Under the pieces are notes generated by a model. The model saw nothing but the letters and a program-made list of their open reading frames with translations. It was not told the origin of the DNA and did not search any database. The translations under genes were made by a program, and so were the position numbers. From contig JARVGK010000003.1 of the NCBI GenBank assembly GCA_029762535.1, forward strand, positions 32,001 through 96,000: a DNA stretch of 64,000 nucleotides, in the 5' to 3' direction. Positions 8,584 through 18,562 of the stretch are shown here, in pieces (the stretch's first letter is position 1; every line of letters begins with the position of its first letter). This DNA comes from Thermoplasmatota archaeon (lineage in GTDB: Archaea > Thermoplasmatota > Penumbrarchaeia > Penumbrarchaeales > Penumbrarchaeaceae).

Positions 8584-9759
8584 TTGGTATGCTTGAAGTG
8601 GGAATCCCCCATCATCGCTTCATTGATGTTCGTCTTCTACTTGATGGTTGGGTTCACCTCATGTTCCTTTTTCATAGAACCCAGTGCCTCGGCTCCTCTT
8701 GAAGGGATGCCACCGAAAATACTCATTGAGGCGATAAACGAGACCGTAACGACATCGGATTGGTCCTACGAGATCCGGGCTGCCGACAACGAGACCCCGG
8801 AGGAGTTCCTGACCTTCTCGATCACGAGCATCGAGTGGGAATATTCCAGATATTTCTCCATGCAGGGGAACTGGATCGTCGCGACCGGGCTTAAACCCGG
8901 GTACGATTCTGTTCGTATAACGATCGAGGTCATGGACACCGACGGGCTAACGGACAGCGCCATGTACGACATCTACATCGATATAGATGACCCCGCGCCG
9001 ATGATATTGAGCAGCATACAGACCCTCACAGTCACTGGCATGAACGCGTATTTTTTTGTCGGCACCGGTCCCCAGTGCGACGTTCGCTATCACGATCCTC
9101 ACGGGGACCAAATCTATATCGATGAGGTGGTGAGCCCGGACATGACCCTAAATGTGCGGCGGGATTCGGACCGGGAGGGCGTGGACTACAGGGTCGAGGT
9201 GAGGAGGGGATGGATCTATGATGATTACCCCTCTCACCCCTTCATTGGTGGAGCGGATTTGGTCTTCGACATCAAAGACGAACAGAACAGCGTTCGTGTG
9301 ACGATCACGGTCCATTTTCTACCCCTGTCCGATATGTTCAGGATCGTGCCCCTTGTAAACCTCGACGATCTCACGGACAGGGATCCGGTCATACTCGGAA
9401 TAGGCATGGTCGGGGTCGAAGGATTGCTTTTCCACAACCTTTCCTCCGTATACTGGGATTCTAACAGGACATCCATAGATGACGAGTACTCCCCGATAAT
9501 GAAGGATGTCCTGAGCGCAGGCCATCATAATATCTCGGTCGAGTTCGATCTTACGGACGACGATACCAGTTCGGAATACGAAGTGTACATTCACATATAC
9601 GTGCATCCGACGGAGGATCGTGTCGAGAGGACGGACGATGTCGGGGGCGAGATCTGCCTCTTCGCCCTCCTTTCCATGATGATCCTACCCCTGCTCATCG
9701 TCTCTCCTGCGGTGATAGGGTCGATCGTGCTCAAGGTCGTTCGGCGAAGGGGGCGTTAA
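8584..9759 (+). CDS. Surface protein with Ig/cadherin-like domains and C-terminal TM anchor
   Basis: Signal-like N-terminus, ITIEVMDTDGLTDS strands, C-terminal hydrophobic helix followed by RRRGR. Confidence 0.6.
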   Translation: MVCLKWESPIIASLMFVFYLMVGFTSCSFFIEPSASAPLEGMPPKILIEAINETVTTSDWSYEIRAADNETPEEFLTFSITSIEWEYSRYFSMQGNWIVATGLKPGYDSVRITIEVMDTDGLTDSAMYDIYIDIDDPAPMILSSIQTLTVTGMNAYFFVGTGPQCDVRYHDPHGDQIYIDEVVSPDMTLNVRRDSDREGVDYRVEVRRGWIYDDYPSHPFIGGADLVFDIKDEQNSVRVTITVHFLPLSDMFRIVPLVNLDDLTDRDPVILGIGMVGVEGLLFHNLSSVYWDSNRTSIDDEYSPIMKDVLSAGHHNISVEFDLTDDDTSSEYEVYIHIYVHPTEDRVERTDDVGGEICLFALLSMMILPLLIVSPAVIGSIVLKVVRRRGR

Positions 9760-9761
9760 AG

Positions 9762-12455
9762 ATGAGATCGCTCTTATTCCTCATAACGCCCCTGCTCATC
9801 GTCCCGATCGTTCTTTTCGTTGATATATCCTGGGCGGATCCGGTCCAGGGGACCGAGTGGGACGCGCCGTTCCCCGACGATCTCAGGTTCTCCGATCCTG
9901 GCCCCATCGATTACGAAAGAATGATCGATGTTCTCTATCTGGATGACGGCACATATTTCTGGTTACACATCGTGACGGAGCAGGTCCCCGGTTACGACCT
10001 GAACAGTGTGATCCTCCTGTTAGAGATGTACTCCGAGGCCGACGAGCTCCTATCGAGCGATCCGATAACGCTTTTCGAGACATCTTTCGATCCATACGAT
10101 CGGATAGTGTATCCGGCGGAGTACGGAGACGACGGGATCGCATTCCTCCTCGAACTGAAACAGAACTATTATGGCAACAGCGGGGCCGATGAATTCTATA
10201 TGGTGGTCCTCGATAACGCGACATCCTCCGGGCCTCTGTCGGCGGAGTCGAAATACCTGGACATAGAGGACTTCGATCATTTCAGGTTCAGGTTCGAGGA
10301 GGAGTCCCTCCCGTATATGGCATACCTTGTCCTCTATGGAGAGGATATGGTCTTCGTCCAGCCCTATTCCTCGGAGGAGGGGTTCTTGGACCCTATCGAG
10401 TTCGAGGAAGGGGTTCGTCAGGCCTCGGACATACTCGACCACGGTGAGGGTATCATATTCATACATCAGGAGGCCCGTGGGACGATCACTTTAAGATCAT
10501 ACTATCCCAACGGGACCAAATTTGGGTCCGTGGATGTGCCGGCATATCCGGAGGGGATCGGTCTGGACAACACCTTCGACTCGTGGATGCACGAAGGGAA
10601 TATCCACCTTATGGTCTGGCGGGACGAATTGCGTGGGTCCTACAAGCACCTGGACCATCTGGTGATCTCCATCGACGGGGAGATAATAGATAAGGATCTG
10701 GACATCCTCCCATGGGAGAGCCCGTTCCTTTTGACCAACCATCTCTTCGGCCTCGAGGGGGACATCTTCCTGCTCGGGACCAACTCGTACTCGCTCTACA
10801 GGTTCGAGAAGGACATGACCCCCATCGTCAGATATCCTATCGGATCCCACCCGGACGATCCCGGCCTCTGGGAGATATTCCTGTTGGATCATTTCAAGGG
10901 AGAGGTCCATCTTCTCATCCGGGGCGAGGATCATTTCGGGATCTCCTCCTACAGGGAGGGCGAATTGCCCATGTTCGGCTCCTTCAGTATCGAAGAGGAT
11001 ACGGTCATGGACAACGAGACCTATCCCCAGGATTGCAGACTGATCGTTGGGAACGGCAGCACCCTGGTCCTCGAGGGGATCGATCTGATGATCGAGTACT
11101 ACGACTTCCCTCTGATCGTAACGGATGGCGGATCACTGGAGATGAAAGGATGCACGAACCGGACGGGCGAGAATTGGAACGTCGATAACGATGGCCGACT
11201 GACCATGGTCGATTGCACCATGAGGATCGATATCACCGGCACGGGTTCGATATTACTTGAAGGGAACGGGAACGTCTTCCCCACCCGATACTATCTGGAC
11301 TGGGAATGTTCCTCGCTGACGTTGACCGGAATTGTCGCCTCCGGATCGGATATTCCCACCCATCAGATCTTCTACAGTATCCAGAGGAACGACTATACCG
11401 TCCCCATGTTGAACATCATCGATTGCGAACTCAGGGATCTCGCATCGAACACGCGCAAAGGATTGGAAATGAGGGCCGACTCGATCCTCGTCAGGGACTG
11501 CACCTTCGAGAACGTCAGCTGCTTCTTCAACGACGGCGACCTGAAGATCGAAGGGTCTACGTTCCAGGATTGCGATCTCTCCGGAGTGGATCCCGCGGAT
11601 ACGGTCCATGTTATCGATTCGACCTTCAGGGATTGCAGGAACGTCTATTGGCTGTTCGGCACGATGCATTCCGAGATCGAAGGGTCGTCCTTCATGAACT
11701 GCTCCCGGATCATCGAGACCTCGTCCTATGCCGATAATCGGATAGAGGTCTCGAAGTGCCGGTTCGTCGAATGCGAGAACGTCACCGAATACGAGGGATC
11801 GGACCTCATAACGATCGAGGATTCCCTGTTCCTGAACTGCCGGAGGACGATCGGCATCGATGCCGATCTGGATGAACACATAGGGCTCAGGATAGCGAAC
11901 TGCACCTTCGACGGTAAACAACGCCAGGTCTATTTCAAGGGCGATCCGCTGGACGATGTCGACCCGTTCGACGATCCCGAGGAACCGTTCGGTTACAACA
12001 CCCCGAGGATGGTTGACCTGGCCTACAATACCTGGAACGCCTCCCATCCGGAGCAGGTGGCCTCCGTCGTTTCCTTCGGTATCAAGTTCCTTCCGTTCAA
12101 TGACCTCGAGGGGAACCTGATATCGACCGAAGATGACGACATGGACCGGATGGACGACGATTGGGAGGAAAAGAACGGCCTTGACCCGGAGCATTATTTC
12201 GACAGGTTCCTCGATCCCGACAACGACGGCTACGACAATCTCGAGGAGTTCAGGGCGGGCTCGGACCCCATGGATGGCGGGGATCATCCCTACGAGATGA
12301 CTCCCGAACTGAAGTTATGGATACTTATATGCGCGTGCAGCGTCCTGGTGGCCGCCGCCCTTTTCATCGCGTTCCCACTGCAGGCATTCGTCAGGGGGAT
12401 CCGGCCTCCCCCTAAAAACCATAAGGATGAGAAGATAAAGGAGGGGGCGCATTGA
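9762..12455 (+). CDS. Surface protein: right-handed beta-helix, DxDxDG Ca-binding module, C-terminal TM
   Basis: Signal peptide; repeated (I/V)xDCTFxN units; DDDWEEKNGLDP...DPDNDGYDNLEEF; TM plus basic tail. Confidence 0.7.
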   Translation: MRSLLFLITPLLIVPIVLFVDISWADPVQGTEWDAPFPDDLRFSDPGPIDYERMIDVLYLDDGTYFWLHIVTEQVPGYDLNSVILLLEMYSEADELLSSDPITLFETSFDPYDRIVYPAEYGDDGIAFLLELKQNYYGNSGADEFYMVVLDNATSSGPLSAESKYLDIEDFDHFRFRFEEESLPYMAYLVLYGEDMVFVQPYSSEEGFLDPIEFEEGVRQASDILDHGEGIIFIHQEARGTITLRSYYPNGTKFGSVDVPAYPEGIGLDNTFDSWMHEGNIHLMVWRDELRGSYKHLDHLVISIDGEIIDKDLDILPWESPFLLTNHLFGLEGDIFLLGTNSYSLYRFEKDMTPIVRYPIGSHPDDPGLWEIFLLDHFKGEVHLLIRGEDHFGISSYREGELPMFGSFSIEEDTVMDNETYPQDCRLIVGNGSTLVLEGIDLMIEYYDFPLIVTDGGSLEMKGCTNRTGENWNVDNDGRLTMVDCTMRIDITGTGSILLEGNGNVFPTRYYLDWECSSLTLTGIVASGSDIPTHQIFYSIQRNDYTVPMLNIIDCELRDLASNTRKGLEMRADSILVRDCTFENVSCFFNDGDLKIEGSTFQDCDLSGVDPADTVHVIDSTFRDCRNVYWLFGTMHSEIEGSSFMNCSRIIETSSYADNRIEVSKCRFVECENVTEYEGSDLITIEDSLFLNCRRTIGIDADLDEHIGLRIANCTFDGKQRQVYFKGDPLDDVDPFDDPEEPFGYNTPRMVDLAYNTWNASHPEQVASVVSFGIKFLPFNDLEGNLISTEDDDMDRMDDDWEEKNGLDPEHYFDRFLDPDNDGYDNLEEFRAGSDPMDGGDHPYEMTPELKLWILICACSVLVAAALFIAFPLQAFVRGIRPPPKNHKDEKIKEGAH

Positions 12456-13396
12456 AGTTCGAGATCTCGATCAAGGGCGTCGACCTGCCCTCCTCCCTCT
12501 CGGCGGGTCTGAAGATACCGGAATTCCGGGTCGGGTCCGGAGGGACCGACTTCGTGAACATACTCAATAATGGGAACCGGGGTGAGTTCAAGGGATATTT
12601 ACTTGGGGATAGGAAGCCCGGAAGCGGTGACATTTGGTCATCTCCCGATCGAAACACAGTCAAGACCTCCCTGATCGGTCCGGAACGAGGTTATCTACCC
12701 CATCAGACCGTGAAGGGATATCTGGACCACATTATCGAGATATCCGGGATCGATCCTTCGGTCGCTCGCAGGCGGGATATACTCGATGAGCTGGAATTGG
12801 GCGCCATCATGGACTGCGAGGTCTCCGGGCTGGGCTCCGGACAGAGGATTTTAGTGGACCTTGCAAGAGGGGCGGTCCTCGATCCCGATCTGTTCATCAT
12901 CGATCTGATGGAAATGGAAGAGGCGGCGGGGAACCAGGAGAAGGTGGTATCTTTCATCAGGTGGTTCCTGAAAGGTAGCGAGAAGGGCGCGGTCATCTTC
13001 GTTAAGGAACCTCCAGAAGAGGTCCACGAGGGAGAGCGCTTCTATTCGGTCATGGACAACACCCTCTCCGAAAGGGACCTAACCCAGATGCCGGTAGGGA
13101 ACTTGTATCCGTTCAGGGTGAGGTTCGTCCTGGATGACATGGTCCAGGCCGCCCAGATCATAAGAGGGTTCCCCCATGTCAGGGTGGAGCCCTCGTTCAG
13201 GCCTATAATGGCAAAGGAAGAGGGCACGGACGATACCGGACTTTCCGAGGAACCGTTCTCAATACATTACGGCAGGGAGATGTTCTTCGGACTGAAGCGT
13301 TACGACATCCTGCCCCAGATCAACAAGGAGCTCATCTCCGCCGGGATCAAGGTGTACGAGGTATCATTGATGAAGAAGGGAGGTGAGCGCCAGTGA
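12452..13396 (+). CDS. Degenerate ABC-ATPase-like protein
   Basis: KPGSGDI, LGSGQRILVDLARGAVLDPDLFIID; no intact Walker A. Confidence 0.55.
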   Translation: MKFEISIKGVDLPSSLSAGLKIPEFRVGSGGTDFVNILNNGNRGEFKGYLLGDRKPGSGDIWSSPDRNTVKTSLIGPERGYLPHQTVKGYLDHIIEISGIDPSVARRRDILDELELGAIMDCEVSGLGSGQRILVDLARGAVLDPDLFIIDLMEMEEAAGNQEKVVSFIRWFLKGSEKGAVIFVKEPPEEVHEGERFYSVMDNTLSERDLTQMPVGNLYPFRVRFVLDDMVQAAQIIRGFPHVRVEPSFRPIMAKEEGTDDTGLSEEPFSIHYGREMFFGLKRYDILPQINKELISAGIKVYEVSLMKKGGERQ

Positions 13397-14322
13397 AAAG
13401 CGTCACATGTGCGATGCTCAAGGAGAACGTGAAGTGCTCCTCCATCGGGATCGCGAGGATATTCTCCGTGAAGGCGCTTGTGATGCTCGTGATAGTACTG
13501 TCGACGGTCCTGCCCATAATCGTGATTTCGGAGGACGATCAGGATCCCGGGGGTGATAACCTTTACAAATACCGACATCCGAGTGATGCCACTACGAACA
13601 GGCGGGGGGAGGTCGTGGATTGGGAGGGGGTCGACGAGATACCAGAGAATGAGGGATCGGACGATGCCGCTTCAGGGACAGCCCTGGCGACGATCGTCCT
13701 CGCTATTTCGATTTTGAATATCGCCATCTGTCATGTCTATTTATTCTCCAAGAACATAGGTAAGGGGAGGCTCACTATCCTTCAACAACTGGGTGTTCCC
13801 GATGGTCAGGTCTTCAGAGGTAATGTCCTCAGCGTAGCCGTCCTGTTCTCGGTACTATCCGTATTGGACATGGTCTTCTTATCGATTATCTATGCCATGG
13901 TCTCCTCCCTTTTTCTTGAGGTGATCGTCGTTGGTACCATCTCTTCGACGGTCGTACTGTCCTTGTATATAGTCGGCATTACACACCCGACCTCCGTCAA
14001 ACTGTTCAAGAGGAGGTTCATGGTCCCGCTTCTCAACATATCGATCATTATCTTTTTGGGCATCCTGCTATCGAGGACCATCCTGGACCCCGTGTTCGAG
14101 ATGGTAGGCCTTGATATCGAAATAATCAAAGCGATCCTCACCGGGTTCAGCCCGGTCCACTTCATAGGAGCCGTCGCCGGTTGGATGATTGGAGGGGAGG
14201 CGATCCGGGTCACTGACCTCCTGTGGACCGTTCCAGTGGCGATATTGATCTGCATGGGGATCGTGCTTACAGGCAGGATCAAGGCAGGGGAGCTGAGGTC
14301 CCCTTTCATGTCCCTACATTGA
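13393..14322 (+). CDS. Multi-pass membrane protein, ABC-2 permease-like
   Basis: About 6 TM helices; FSPVHF motif before the last helix; follows the ABC-like gene. Confidence 0.5.
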   Translation: MKSVTCAMLKENVKCSSIGIARIFSVKALVMLVIVLSTVLPIIVISEDDQDPGGDNLYKYRHPSDATTNRRGEVVDWEGVDEIPENEGSDDAASGTALATIVLAISILNIAICHVYLFSKNIGKGRLTILQQLGVPDGQVFRGNVLSVAVLFSVLSVLDMVFLSIIYAMVSSLFLEVIVVGTISSTVVLSLYIVGITHPTSVKLFKRRFMVPLLNISIIIFLGILLSRTILDPVFEMVGLDIEIIKAILTGFSPVHFIGAVAGWMIGGEAIRVTDLLWTVPVAILICMGIVLTGRIKAGELRSPFMSLH

Positions 14323-14376
14323 GGTTCGACCGATCTTTAACATATCTATAGGGTGCTCTGGTACAATCATCGATCG

Positions 14377-15672
14377 CTATGGGTCCACTCTCTCGATGAT
14401 AGCCGCGAAGAAACCTGAACGATCATCTCCTGGCATCGGATGGAAATATGTTCCTCTGAACAGATCCTTTGGAAGATATGGAACCATGCCATCCGCTTGG
14501 ACCGGGTGGAACCCTTCGTTCTCCTTGAGGAAACGTTCCACTATCGATCCGTTCTCCGACTTGTCCATTGAACACGTCGAATACACGAGCCTCCCGCCGG
14601 GCTTCACGAGGTCGGAATAGGTCTTCAGTATATCGTACTGGACCATCGGGAAACGTTCCATGTCCTCCTGTTTCAGGTGGATCTTTATGTCGGGGTTGCG
14701 CCTCATCGTCCCCAGTCCTGAGCATGGGGCATCGACGAGGACGAGATCCGCCCATTCCCTGTACGGATCGAGCGATGAAGGATCCTTGACGTGGAGCCTC
14801 TGATAGTTCCAGATCTGAGCCCTTCTTCCCCTCTGTCTAAGGCGCTGGAGGCTCCTCTCGTTGGTGTCCATTGATATTAGCATCCCCCTGTTCTTCATCA
14901 AGGCGCTCAGGGCGAGGGTCTTGCCACCGTTCCCGGCGCAGGCGTCCACGACCTTCAGGCCTTCGATCCCTGCAAGGGCGATCCTGCAGGCGATCTGGGA
15001 GGAGATGTCCTGCACTTCGATCAGACCCTGCCTGTACTCCTCGAGATCGTCGATCCTGGTCCCGTCCGGGAGAAGGAACGCATCGGGATCCAGGTCCGTC
15101 ATCATCGGGGAGTTCACGACCTTCGATATGGACCGCATGACCTTATCCCTCGTTGAGAGCAGGGTATTGGTCCTGATGCCGATATATCTCGGATGTAAGA
15201 GGGAATCGGCCAGAGCATCGTATGCCTTCTCCTTACCGAGGGAATTGATAAGGGTGCTTGATATGAATTCCGGGACCGATGACGATGCAATATTATCAGA
15301 TACATCTTCCCTTCTATCTATCGATGTGATCGCCGGTAATATTTTCGATCTCTCGACCGTTGCCTTGATGGCCTTGCGCCTCTCCCAGAAAAGGTCATGG
15401 TCCTTGGGCATCTCCTTGAGGAACACCATCGATGCCGCCATGGCAAGCTCATTTGGATCGGCGCTGCCTATCTCTTTAGTGAAAATATGGTGCCATCTAA
15501 GGTAAGAATAGCACGATATGGCCACCCTTGACCTGCTGCGATCGTCCAGATTAGAGTATTTAAGGATCCGGTGCAGCGATCTGTTGGATTTCTCCCCGCT
15601 CAATACCGATGTGATGAAATCCTTCAGGTGAGGATGGAGCTTGAATGACCTTTTTCCGGAACGGGGTATCAT
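14377..15672 (-). CDS. RsmB/NOP2/Fmu family RNA m5C methyltransferase
   Basis: VQDISSQ, DACAGNGGKT, DAPCSGLG and YSTCS motifs. Confidence 0.92.
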   Translation of the reverse strand: MIPRSGKRSFKLHPHLKDFITSVLSGEKSNRSLHRILKYSNLDDRSRSRVAISCYSYLRWHHIFTKEIGSADPNELAMAASMVFLKEMPKDHDLFWERRKAIKATVERSKILPAITSIDRREDVSDNIASSSVPEFISSTLINSLGKEKAYDALADSLLHPRYIGIRTNTLLSTRDKVMRSISKVVNSPMMTDLDPDAFLLPDGTRIDDLEEYRQGLIEVQDISSQIACRIALAGIEGLKVVDACAGNGGKTLALSALMKNRGMLISMDTNERSLQRLRQRGRRAQIWNYQRLHVKDPSSLDPYREWADLVLVDAPCSGLGTMRRNPDIKIHLKQEDMERFPMVQYDILKTYSDLVKPGGRLVYSTCSMDKSENGSIVERFLKENEGFHPVQADGMVPYLPKDLFRGTYFHPMPGDDRSGFFAAIIERVDP

Positions 15673-15848
15673 GTTAGCGATCCCCCTAACCCCCGAGGTG
15701 ATAGATGAAACTTTTCACCCCCCGAAGGGGGATCTCCTCCACCTACGGATGCTTACAACCTAAAGATCCCCTCCGCGATCCGGGATCCTACTCCTGGAAG
15801 GGGGGGATCCCTCCAAAAAATCAATGAGGTTATGATCTTGTGGTCGAT

Positions 15849-15883
15849 AAAAAAAAAGGGGGGAGATCGAACGATCTCCCCCC
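15849..15883 (-). terminator. Intrinsic terminator of the DUF4397 gene
   Basis: 12-bp stem ggggggagatcg-aa-cgatctcccccc with a T9 run on the minus strand. Confidence 0.7.
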
Positions 15884-15907
15884 AAGGGTTTTTCTGATTA
15901 TATACGA

Positions 15908-16657
15908 TCATCTGTCCTTCACGAGAAGTGCTCCGAGGGAGGGTTCGCCCGTCCCTGGCGAGACCAATCCCGTGGCGAAGACCGTGTACGAGGTCCTCTT
16001 CATCAGGCTCACATCGTCCACGCTCAGAACAACTGTCTCGGTCCCGGCGAGCCTGACCTCGAGATCGTAGGTCCCCGCCTTGACCGACAGATACCTCTCC
16101 ACATCGCCGAAGCTGACATCGGGGAACAGTACTGGGCCGTCCTTGACAGCGATATCCACCGCGGGAGCATCCGGAGATGCGTGGACGAACCTCACCCAGG
16201 ACCTGAATATGGGCCGGACCGGTCTGAGGTCCTCTATGACCAAAGGTTCGATCTCGGAGAGTTTACCCACGGCTACGATGGTGTAGTCCCTGACGGGTTT
16301 GAGAACGACATCCGCATTTATGACGATGGGTGACGTCTGTCCGGTTGGGACCACCTGTATGTTGTATGACGAACCTCCCTTGTTGAAGGGGACGGTCAGA
16401 TATGGTGTGTACTCGCCGAATGCCAGGTTTGACACCGCAAGGTTTCCGTTGACCCATATGTCCACCGCAGGGGCGTCAGGTGAGAGATGCACGGCTCTGA
16501 CCCTGGCCGAAGCCCAGGATGATCCCCCGAAGCCTCTGCCCCCTCCGTTGTTTTCCTTGTCCATTCCTCTTCCTTCCACCTGGCCTACCATTATCATGGA
16601 GCCCAGGAGGACCATGAGGGTGATCCCCATGGCGGCCGTTATTGTTCCTTTCCTCAT
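15908..16657 (-). CDS. Secreted DUF4397 (AlgF-like) domain protein
   Basis: Two VR(A/F)VH(L/A)SPDAPAVDI repeats; signal peptide. Confidence 0.85.
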   Translation of the reverse strand: MRKGTITAAMGITLMVLLGSMIMVGQVEGRGMDKENNGGGRGFGGSSWASARVRAVHLSPDAPAVDIWVNGNLAVSNLAFGEYTPYLTVPFNKGGSSYNIQVVPTGQTSPIVINADVVLKPVRDYTIVAVGKLSEIEPLVIEDLRPVRPIFRSWVRFVHASPDAPAVDIAVKDGPVLFPDVSFGDVERYLSVKAGTYDLEVRLAGTETVVLSVDDVSLMKRTSYTVFATGLVSPGTGEPSLGALLVKDR

Positions 16658-16991
16658 TTTTTTACCTCCAATGGCTTGGTGAAAGATGAGAAAGTATTCT
16701 TACATATTATAAACATAACTTGACATATTAGGTTTTTCATGTCCAGATACGGGACGAATGAAGGGATCCCTTCTTCTGGATAGGTCGATGTTCATATCGA
16801 GTACGGAATAGGGGATCGTTGACGGATGTTCTTGGACTGTTAATAGCAGGGGTGAGAGAAAGGATCCCGAACGGGGATCCCGCGATCATGGTCCTTGACA
16901 AGCTCTCAAGGTCCAATTTCAGGATGTCGATCCCCTTTTATCTCCGCACCAAGGAGGAGATCTTAAAAGTAAAGGATGATTAGACAATACT

Positions 16992-17369
16992 GTCACTGGT
17001 GGGAACCTTCGTAACGTCAACATGCCGACAACTACAACAGTTCCAAAGGGGGGAAAATGCCATCGGGAATTTTTTCGAAGTTGAACCCTGGGTTCAAAGA
17101 CGCCAGTGGCGACAATGAGTAAAAAAATAAACGGGAAGCAACAAATCGCTCGATCATCAGGCTTCCCGGTCCTGGAAAAACCAAGCCGGGGAATTGGTCA
17201 CTGGTAGTTTTTCCCGACTTTTTCATCCTACAACGATCACAATATGCCAAAGGATGAAAAAGAGCCACTGGTGGGAACCCGCAGAAACCTCGAAGAGGGT
17301 TCGAGGGCAGGGGAAATGTCATCAGACATTTTCCCGATGTTGAACCCAAGGTTCAATCACACCAGTGGC
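16992..17369. repeat. Two palindromic tRNA-Thr 3'-end elements (16992-17110 and 17262-17369) separated by stacked hairpins
   Basis: cactggtgggaa-[two hairpins]-ttgaacc..ggttcaa..ccagtggc-gacaa(t/a)gagtaaa occurs twice. Confidence 0.85.
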
Positions 17370-17389
17370 GACAAAGAGTAAAGAATAAA

Positions 17390-17464
17390 TGGAGCCACTG
17401 GTGGGAATTGAACCCACGACCTACTCCTTACCAAGGAGTCGCTATACCGCTAAGCCACAGTGGC
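17390..17464 (-). tRNA. tRNA-Thr(GGT)
   Basis: GCCACTG/CAGTGGC acceptor, ACTCC-TTGGTAA-GGAGT anticodon arm, TTCAATT T-loop, encoded CCA. Confidence 0.95.
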
Positions 17465-17520
17465 GATGTTTTGGAGGGTGGTTAAAAACGGACCTTTACT
17501 TAAACATTGCTGAGTTATCC

Positions 17521-17720
17521 GAGCCACTGGTGGGAACCTTTGGAACGTCAACATGCCGACAACTACAACAGTTCCAAAGGCGGGGAAAATGCCCTCAGGC
17601 ATTTTTCCAACGTTGAACCCACGACCTACTCCTTACCAAGGCCCTGGGAAAACCTTGGGTTTTCCCGGTCATGACCCCTTTCGGGCTCATGAAGTCGCTA
17701 TATCGCTAAGCCACAGTGGC
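17521..17720 (-). pseudogene. Full-length tRNA-Thr(GGT) copy interrupted by 76-nt and 51-nt double-hairpin insertions
   Basis: Removing 17537-17612 and 17642-17692 restores the tRNA except for a D-loop G>A and the lost CCA; 31 bp of upstream flank is also duplicated. Confidence 0.85.
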
Positions 17721-17778
17721 GATGTTTTGGAGGGTGGTTAAAAACGGACCTATACTAAAACAATATTGAATAAGAGAA

Positions 17779-17849
17779 GTCACTGGTGGGAACCTTTGGA
17801 ACTTCAACATGCCGACAACTACAACAGTTCCAAAGGCGGGGAAAAAGCC
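17779..17849. repeat. Truncated tRNA-Thr 3'-end element with the same hairpin insert
   Basis: cactggtgggaacctttggaac...gttccaaaggcggggaaaa is near-identical to 17525-17589. Confidence 0.85.
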
Positions 17850-17920
17850 TGTTGCTCTTTCTAAGATTTATCATCATCAATAGTGACAATATAATTATCG
17901 TATCAGATCATCCCGCCTTC

Positions 17921-18562
17921 ATGGATCTGGCGATATTGGTGGATTTTGACAATACCGTCACATCCCAAGACGCCTCCTATGCGATCCTCGACCGCTTCGC
18001 CGAAGGCGACTGGAGGCGGATCGAGGAGGAGGCTTTCCGCGGCAAATATACCATCCTCGAAGCCCTCGAGATCCAATCCCGAATGGTCCGGGGGGATCCC
18101 AAAGCCATCGACGAACATGTACTCTCCATTGTATCCCTCCGCGAGGGTTTCCTGGAATTCGCCAATTGGTGCAGGGAGAACTCCATTCATCTCGAGATCT
18201 GCTCCGACGGCTTCGGGCATACGATCCCCTTGATACTGAAGAGGGAGGGTTGTGAGCACATACCCTACACATCCAACCATACCTGGTTCGAGGGGGATCG
18301 AATGCGAATAGCCTTCGATCATAAAAGGGAGGGATGCCCCGTCAACGCAAACTGCAAATGCTCGCATCTCGAGCGTCTGGGGTCACTATACGGTGATGTG
18401 ATCTACGTAGGGGACGGCGCGACGGACGCGTGCGTGGCGGGCAAGGCCTCTCATCTGCTAGCAAGGGATTGGCTGGCGGCATACTGCAATGAAAAAGGCA
18501 TTCAATACACCGAATGGAAAGAATGGACCGACGTCATAGAATACGCATCAACCCTGCTTTGA
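17921..18562 (+). CDS. MtnX-like HAD-IB phosphatase
   Basis: DFDNTVT, CSDGFG, CPVNANCK, YVGDGATD. Confidence 0.85.
   Translation: MDLAILVDFDNTVTSQDASYAILDRFAEGDWRRIEEEAFRGKYTILEALEIQSRMVRGDPKAIDEHVLSIVSLREGFLEFANWCRENSIHLEICSDGFGHTIPLILKREGCEHIPYTSNHTWFEGDRMRIAFDHKREGCPVNANCKCSHLERLGSLYGDVIYVGDGATDACVAGKASHLLARDWLAAYCNEKGIQYTEWKEWTDVIEYASTLL

Noticed and set aside
17537-17692. Canonical BHB tRNA introns
   Set aside because: The insert ends do not form the 4-bp central helix with the exons, and the copy has a D-loop mutation and no CCA.
17032-17920. ORFs 17032-17349, 17389-17616, 17553-17741 and the N-terminal extension of 17786-18562
   Set aside because: They overlap the tRNA and its repeats; the HAD motif begins just after ATG 17921.
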